The notes under the pieces are model-generated. The model had not been told where the DNA came from. It ran no database searches and saw only the letters and a program-made list of their open reading frames with translations. A program made the translations under genes and the position numbers. Shown one piece after another: positions 7,324 through 12,461 of a stretch of DNA of 12,461 nt. How positions within the stretch are numbered: position 1 is the stretch's first letter; the number at the start of each line of letters is the position of its first letter. The stretch is taken from NCBI GenBank assembly GCA_038883795.1, contig JAVZLK010000043.1, positions 1 to 12,461 of the forward strand, read 5' to 3'. Origin of the DNA: Candidatus Bathyarchaeia archaeon. GTDB lineage: Archaea; Thermoproteota; Bathyarchaeia; Bathyarchaeales; Bathycorpusculaceae.

Positions 7324-8409
7324 TCAACAGAAATTTAGTTTGCTACCACGTTTTGTAAGAATTTCTGAAACAGATCTTGACGAAAGCCCTGAGGACCATG
7401 ACCCATATTTTATGTAAGTTTTTAGGATTTGCGAGTAAAATTTCACGATAGGAATTTTTATTACCGGATAAGTTTTTGCCGTGCAATTTAATTTTCTAAG
7501 CCAATTCCTTAACGAATAGCCTAAGAATATTCCATTAATAAACTCTCTTAGTATAAGTTTGTCACGTCTTGCATATGCGGTTACCAGATAAAAGGCGAGT
7601 TTCTCTAAGAGTTTTAGAGGATAAAACCTATCGTAAGCCATTATTATTGCAATCATGTTCCTCCATGGGAAGTACACCATCATATGACTGAACCTTTTGG
7701 TTGTTACTGAACCAAAGTGATGGCCAGCTACAATTGGCACGTAGGCAATTTTTGAACCGGTACACCAAAGTCTAAGTCCTAATTCTAAGTCGTCAGCATA
7801 CATAAAGAAGGGAGAAAAAAAGAGGCCCCCACCCTTAAGCAAGGAGTCAACTCTAAAAACCGCGTAAGCACAGCTAATGTAACTGACAAACGTTTTCTTT
7901 GAGGCTTTGAAGTCACGCCCATAAACATATGTATACCAGAAATTTGTTACAAAAATCCCTGCCGAATCAACTTTTGTGCCGTCCCAATTTAAAATTAAGC
8001 CTTGTACTCCCCCTATATCGTCATTATCCTCCAAGAAGCCGACAAGTTTCTTTAAAGAATCGGGTTCAGGTAAAAGATCGTTGTTTATTAAGGCAACGTA
8101 CTTGGCTTCCTTACTTCTTTTTGTAAGCGCTATGTTATTGGCAACGGTAAAACCATAATTCTTAGGCAGCTTTAAAAACTTGACAACTATATCCTTCGGT
8201 GCAAACTTTTTCACAGCATCTTTAATGTACTCGAAGCTTCCATCAGTAGAACCGTTGTCGACAATAATTATTTCTAAAGGTCTATAACCTATACTAATTA
8301 TGCCCTTTAGCGACTCCAGAACAATTGTTTTAGTCGCCAGCGAATTGTAATTTACGGTAATTACCGTAACTAAAGGTCTATGAACTTTGTTATCTTTAGA
8401 TTGCTCCAT
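7324..8409 (-). CDS. GT2 family glycosyltransferase (WbbL/rhamnosyltransferase-like)
   Basis: VTVITVNYN, VDNGSTDGS, NYGFTVANN, INND and FFMYADDLELGLR. Start is uncertain (ATG 8409 or GTG 8430). Confidence 0.88.
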   Translation of the reverse strand: MEQSKDNKVHRPLVTVITVNYNSLATKTIVLESLKGIISIGYRPLEIIIVDNGSTDGSFEYIKDAVKKFAPKDIVVKFLKLPKNYGFTVANNIALTKRSKEAKYVALINNDLLPEPDSLKKLVGFLEDNDDIGGVQGLILNWDGTKVDSAGIFVTNFWYTYVYGRDFKASKKTFVSYISCAYAVFRVDSLLKGGGLFFSPFFMYADDLELGLRLWCTGSKIAYVPIVAGHHFGSVTTKRFSHMMVYFPWRNMIAIIMAYDRFYPLKLLEKLAFYLVTAYARRDKLILREFINGIFLGYSLRNWLRKLNCTAKTYPVIKIPIVKFYSQILKTYIKYGSWSSGLSSRSVSEILTKRGSKLNFC

Positions 8410-8444
8410 TCCTTCATCACTTAATTGCACAGTTAGCTTATGTA

Positions 8445-9299
8445 CTAGAACACCTCTGATAATAGAAACTTTATTTTCTGTTTCTGGTAGTTTTTAAGCC
8501 ATTTCCTAAATTCTTCTCGATGTTTATCGCCTCTCAGCCAAGAATACGTCCAACCGTAGAGGCTTAATGGAACGCATAAAAGATAAGGTTTCTCAGTTAA
8601 CGAAATTTTTGCAAGTCTGCCCAAAAAGTAAAGTGGATGATATCCAAAACGGTAAGTAGTCTTTCCTAATCTCACTCTTTGCTTCAGTATGCTGCCTAAA
8701 GGCTGTGCATGAAAAGGTCTCATATGGATGCTTTTCGCCTCTTTCAAGAATAAAGTTTTCCAACCTTTCATCTGCGCTCTAAAAAGCAGAAAAGCATCTT
8801 CTGAATCCACTATTGGCATAAAACCTCTATCGCTTATGTCAAACCACGTCTCCATTCTTATAACCATGTTGGCTCCAACTATTGAGCTTGCTCCCTCGTT
8901 TATTAAGACCCCCCCAACTATTCCCAACCTTTCATCCACACTGAACCTCTCCATCATCTTTCTGAAATAATCCGGGAAAAGGAAGATGTCCGCATCTATC
9001 TTTGCTAAATATTCATATTCTTTAATGTTGACAGTCTTCAGTCCGTAATTGAAAACTTTAGGTATTTCAGTGGTATGCACACGGTCAACCTTACGTTTGC
9101 GCATTACAAACTTTATCAAATCTCCATGTTTATTGGCGATGGATTTGACAAGTTCTGGTGTTCTATCTGTGGATGCATCGTCTACCACAACTATTGTGGA
9201 TGGTTGTTTAGTTTGGTTTATCACGGAACTTAAACATTTAACTATAAAATTCTCCTCGTTATGAGCACATACAAGTACAAGAATCTTATCACTGGACAT
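8445..9299 (-). CDS. GT2 family glycosyltransferase
   Basis: CAHNEE, VVDDASTDRT, KIDADI (DxD), SED and a GYHPLYF C-terminal region. Confidence 0.9.
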   Translation of the reverse strand: MSSDKILVLVCAHNEENFIVKCLSSVINQTKQPSTIVVVDDASTDRTPELVKSIANKHGDLIKFVMRKRKVDRVHTTEIPKVFNYGLKTVNIKEYEYLAKIDADIFLFPDYFRKMMERFSVDERLGIVGGVLINEGASSIVGANMVIRMETWFDISDRGFMPIVDSEDAFLLFRAQMKGWKTLFLKEAKSIHMRPFHAQPLGSILKQRVRLGKTTYRFGYHPLYFLGRLAKISLTEKPYLLCVPLSLYGWTYSWLRGDKHREEFRKWLKNYQKQKIKFLLSEVF

Positions 9300-9308
9300 T
9301 AATTTCTA

Positions 9309-10298
9309 TCATCCTATCAGAAATTTGTATAATAACCTCTGAGCACCAGACTTGTATTTAAAATTCCTTATCACGTCCCTATCCGCCAGTTTCTTCGCTT
9401 TAGCTAGATGCAACCTGTATCCTCTGTACTTGGCAAGTACCCCGAGACCATCCAAGTAGCCGAAAAACATGTAAACATTGTTTCTGAGATCATATCCTTT
9501 TGCAACTGTTCTTGCGACAATATGCATAAGTTTGGCAAGCAAAATCTTTACGAAATATTTGTTTCCAAATAGTTTGTAGGCTGTTAGCACTTGATTTCTA
9601 GTGGCTAGTCTAACTATTTTGGATCTGTATCGTCCAGAAGAACCTCCGACAAAGTGAATCAATTTGCTATCCATAACGTATCCTATTTTGCCACCCGCGA
9701 ACAAAGTTCTCAAACTCAAGTCTAGGTCCTCGACCGCCATGAAATAAAACTCGTCAAAAAGGTATTCTACTTCTTTTAACCATTTTCTATGAATAAGGAA
9801 ACATGCCCCGCTGGCAAACGCCGAATCAACTATATCTCTTTTTACGTCACCTTTAGGGGAGTATACGCTGGCGTCAAAGTAAACTGTAATGTCTCTGGTT
9901 TTGCCTCCTTCTTGATCTGGCAGTTGAATGCTTGCTAGGAGTTTGTACTCAGGGTTGTTGAGGGCAGCTTTAACTAGTTTCTCTAGCCATCTCTCTTGCA
10001 CTATTGTGTCGTTGTTTAAGAAGAGAAGATATTCTCCCTTTGCGTATTTTAATGCTATATTGTTGGCTTTTGCAAACCCGTAATTTTTGTCTTGCTCCAA
10101 GAGCTTGACATTTGGGTAATTACTTTTAACGAATTCACAGCTTCCATCGCTTGAACAATTATCAACTAAAATTATCTCATAGTTTGTGTAGCCCTGCTTA
10201 TACAATGAGTCTAAACAGTTCTTTAACCATTTAATGCCGTTGTAATTTACGATAATAATACTAATCAATGGAGATGCTGGATTCACAGCGGTAAACAC
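9309..10298 (-). CDS. GT2 family glycosyltransferase (WbbL/rhamnosyltransferase-like)
   Basis: ISIIIVNYNG, VDNCSSDGS, NYGFAKANN, LFLNNDT, SGACFLI and FDE..EDLDLSLR. GTG start. Confidence 0.9.
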   Translation of the reverse strand: MFTAVNPASPLISIIIVNYNGIKWLKNCLDSLYKQGYTNYEIILVDNCSSDGSCEFVKSNYPNVKLLEQDKNYGFAKANNIALKYAKGEYLLFLNNDTIVQERWLEKLVKAALNNPEYKLLASIQLPDQEGGKTRDITVYFDASVYSPKGDVKRDIVDSAFASGACFLIHRKWLKEVEYLFDEFYFMAVEDLDLSLRTLFAGGKIGYVMDSKLIHFVGGSSGRYRSKIVRLATRNQVLTAYKLFGNKYFVKILLAKLMHIVARTVAKGYDLRNNVYMFFGYLDGLGVLAKYRGYRLHLAKAKKLADRDVIRNFKYKSGAQRLLYKFLIG

Positions 10299-10324
10299 CC
10301 TTTTAGACCTTTGAATACGCAGAA

Positions 10325-10338
10325 TAAATAAACTTTAA
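10325..10338 (-). promoter_or_regulatory. Putative BRE/TATA promoter for the three-GT2 cassette
   Basis: The minus strand reads TTAAAG-TTTATTTA, ending about 27 nt before GTG 10298 in a 75-nt gap. It shares the AAAGTT junction with the rmlA promoter. Confidence 0.5.
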
Positions 10339-10373
10339 GGCGTGGAAGAGTTCAGCGCTACAATAGCAATTTG

Positions 10374-11309
10374 TTAAATTAATCTTGAGGCGTTACTTTG
10401 TTTCAGCAGTTCACCTAAACCATTGTGTAAGGTGAAGTTTGGTTTGTATCCAAGTTTGTGTTTAGCTTTTTCTATGTCTGCCCAACTTCTTCTGATGTCT
10501 CCTTCCCTCGGTTTCGCATAGACTGGTTTAATATTTTTAAAACCAAATTTGTTGATTAAAATTTTTGCAAGTTCTTTTATGGAAGTTTCTTTTCCAGAGC
10601 CTACGTTGATTTCGCCTGCACATTCTTTGGCATTCATAGCTTTGTAGAAGGCGTCAACAACATCTAAAACGTAAACGAAGTCTCTTGTTTGCGACCCGTC
10701 ACCGAAAATTATTGGTGGTTTGCCAGACCTTAATTGGCGGATGAACCGTGAAATAACGCTGCTGTATGAGTCCCCTTCTTGTCTTGGACCATAAACGTTG
10801 AAAAGTCTGAGGGAAACAGTTTTCAAACCGTAGAGTTTGTTGAAGACCTGGCAGTATTTTTCTGTTGTGAGTTTTGAAACGGCGTATGGCGATAAGGGGT
10901 TTGTTGGGTGTTCCTCGTTTATTGGAAGGTATTGTGGCTCGCCATAGACAGCGCATGATGATGCATAAATGAACTTTTCAACATTGTTTTTGATACTTTC
11001 CTCTAAAATGTTTAGGGAACCACAAACATTTACTTGGTTAACAAGTAGCGGGTTTTTGACGGAAAATGGAACATCGACAAGCGCCGCCAAATGAAAAACA
11101 ACTTCAACATCTTTTAAAGCCTTCTTAACAAGTTCTTTATCGCGAATGCCGCCTTTAAGGAAGAGGAGATTTCGATTTTTCAAGTCAAGATTCTCGGTTT
11201 TGCCCGAGGACAAGTCATCAAGAACCACCACGTTACAATCTTCCTTTAAAAGCCTTTCAACCAAGTGGCTTCCGATGAAACCAGCACCACCAGTTACTAA
11301 AACCTTCAT
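10374..11309 (-). CDS. NAD-dependent epimerase (UDP-Glc/GlcNAc 4-epimerase, GalE/WbpP-like)
   Basis: TGGAGFIG, FHLAA, ASSCAVYG, PLSPYAVSK, LRLFNVYGPRQ, GDGSQTRDF and REGDI. ATG 11309 overlaps the GH57 TGA (TGATG). Confidence 0.9.
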   Translation of the reverse strand: MKVLVTGGAGFIGSHLVERLLKEDCNVVVLDDLSSGKTENLDLKNRNLLFLKGGIRDKELVKKALKDVEVVFHLAALVDVPFSVKNPLLVNQVNVCGSLNILEESIKNNVEKFIYASSCAVYGEPQYLPINEEHPTNPLSPYAVSKLTTEKYCQVFNKLYGLKTVSLRLFNVYGPRQEGDSYSSVISRFIRQLRSGKPPIIFGDGSQTRDFVYVLDVVDAFYKAMNAKECAGEINVGSGKETSIKELAKILINKFGFKNIKPVYAKPREGDIRRSWADIEKAKHKLGYKPNFTLHNGLGELLKQSNASRLI

Positions 11310-12461
11310 CACTGTTGTCTCCTAATTCTCTCAACAACAATTTTAGCTAAAGATTTTCTAAGCTGCTCTCCCTTTATCCCTAACAATTTCAGTTTCCTTA
11401 ACTGCTCCACCAAAACCTTGTCGTGAAGCGAATTCTCAGCCCATTTTTCAAAGTCTCCGCGGTTATTGTGGAACTCCAGAGATTTTACATCAACCTTCTT
11501 AATAGCTTTCAATAACCCTTTTAGACTCCAAGCCATCATGCCAGTGAAATTTTCTTCTCCTATGCCAGTGTAAAACAAGAAGGGTTCATTAGCTGCTATA
11601 GCCTCTCTTCTTACTCTACTTTCAAAGTCTAGGATGGTTGCTTGCGCTGTCACGAAAGCATCTGTTGGCGTGTTGAAGGGGCTAAAGTAAGAGTGGACTT
11701 CACCTGGCGCTCCTCCAGCGGTGAACATGTAGTAGAGGTGGTCGCTTGTTTGGAAAAATCTCCATAAACGCAAAAGTTCCTTGTCACCTGCCTCTTTCAC
11801 GAGGGGTTCAAGTCTTCTTACACTTGTGTAGTAAGCCCACTGCATAGTGTTTCCAAGCCAACAACTCGCGTCTCTTTCCAAATCAGCCCAAGAAACAGTT
11901 CCTCCCAGCTCTGGAACATCAATTTCGCCAATAACGTCATGTTTTTCCACAACTTCGGAAGGTGTTGCCAAACGCAAATGCCACCATTTTAAAATTTCTC
12001 GTGGCAAGTGCCTCAGAAATTCATGTATTCCAGTTTCAGGCCAATGGTGCTCTCCGAAGGTTTCATAGTCTGGGAAAATGTTGATGCATTTCCCAGGAGT
12101 TGCCGCCAGCCAACTTGCGTACTTGTCAGCGGTTAGAGGCCATTCATTCCACCATCTGGCTGAAAACCTGAAACCAATGTCATCTGTCAGCTTATAATTC
12201 CGCAGTAAAATCTTAATCTTCTTGCAGCCTTTAGGCTTGTAAAGGTGGTTGGGTGATTTTCCATGTAAGATTCTTTCCACGCCTTCTGTGAAAATTCCTG
12301 CAAATCCCAGTTCTTCCGCGGTTTTTGCTATGGCGTTATTATAAAGTAATTCTGTGTTTTCAAAGACTTTTGGGCTATATTTTAGTAAGTCTCTCATTGT
12401 TTGCCTATGCATTTTCACTTGTTCAATAAATTCGTCTTTTTCTGGGTAAAGGCTTGCAAGC
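11309..12461 (-). CDS. Glycoside hydrolase family 57 (alpha-amylase-like) with C-terminal DUF5752-like domain; 5' end lies beyond the window
   Basis: The frame stays open to the edge (LASLYPEKDEFIEQVKMH). Motifs are NTELLY (nucleophile Glu), LTDDIGFRFS, DYETFGEH (acid/base Asp), SWAD and QTSDHLYYM, with tail PFLFYTGIG..SL..SLEFH..RGDFEKW. Confidence 0.92.
   Translation of the reverse strand, partial: LASLYPEKDEFIEQVKMHRQTMRDLLKYSPKVFENTELLYNNAIAKTAEELGFAGIFTEGVERILHGKSPNHLYKPKGCKKIKILLRNYKLTDDIGFRFSARWWNEWPLTADKYASWLAATPGKCINIFPDYETFGEHHWPETGIHEFLRHLPREILKWWHLRLATPSEVVEKHDVIGEIDVPELGGTVSWADLERDASCWLGNTMQWAYYTSVRRLEPLVKEAGDKELLRLWRFFQTSDHLYYMFTAGGAPGEVHSYFSPFNTPTDAFVTAQATILDFESRVRREAIAANEPFLFYTGIGEENFTGMMAWSLKGLLKAIKKVDVKSLEFHNNRGDFEKWAENSLHDKVLVEQLRKLKLLGIKGEQLRKSLAKIVVERIRRQQ

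Noticed and set aside
140-12068. Numerous short antisense or alternate-frame ORFs (e.g. 140..406, 982..1326, 3527..3895, 3975..4376, 7133..7417, 11847..12068)
   Set aside because: They lie within well-supported genes, have no recognisable motifs and are typical shadow ORFs.
12416-12418. GTG 12418 as the GH57 start
   Set aside because: The frame stays open with GH57-like sequence to the window edge, so the true start is outside the window.
1-12461. CRISPR arrays, IS elements, tRNA/rRNA genes, phase-variable repeat tracts
   Set aside because: No repeat-spacer periodicity, transposase, terminal inverted repeats, cloverleaf or frameshifting tract was seen by eye, and the intergenic gaps are at most about 155 nt.

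Overview
Gene-dense archaeal cell-surface glycan / nucleotide-sugar locus. The GH57 C-terminal domain, the Alg13-like transferase and the BRE/TATA promoters suggest Bathyarchaeia, which is an inference. Two units converge at about 1355-1508. Plus strand: the 3' part of an Alg13/GT28-C-like glycosyltransferase interrupted by an in-frame TAA, then an extended-SDR epimerase. Minus strand, in transcription order: a GH57 alpha-amylase-like gene (truncated by the window edge), an SDR epimerase, three GT2 genes, then a separately promoted block of rmlA, rmlC, an atypical SDR, rmlD, an LDH/MDH-like dehydrogenase and a GT2/methyltransferase-like fusion. That block is the most unusual part. It has no RmlB signature, its SDR reads YxxxN instead of YxxxK, its LDH/MDH homolog has Glu in place of the catalytic Asp plus a loop insertion, and the methyltransferase domain looks degenerate. 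It may make a sugar other than L-rhamnose. No rRNA, tRNA, CRISPR array or mobile element was recognised. All family assignments come from motifs read by eye, with no database search.
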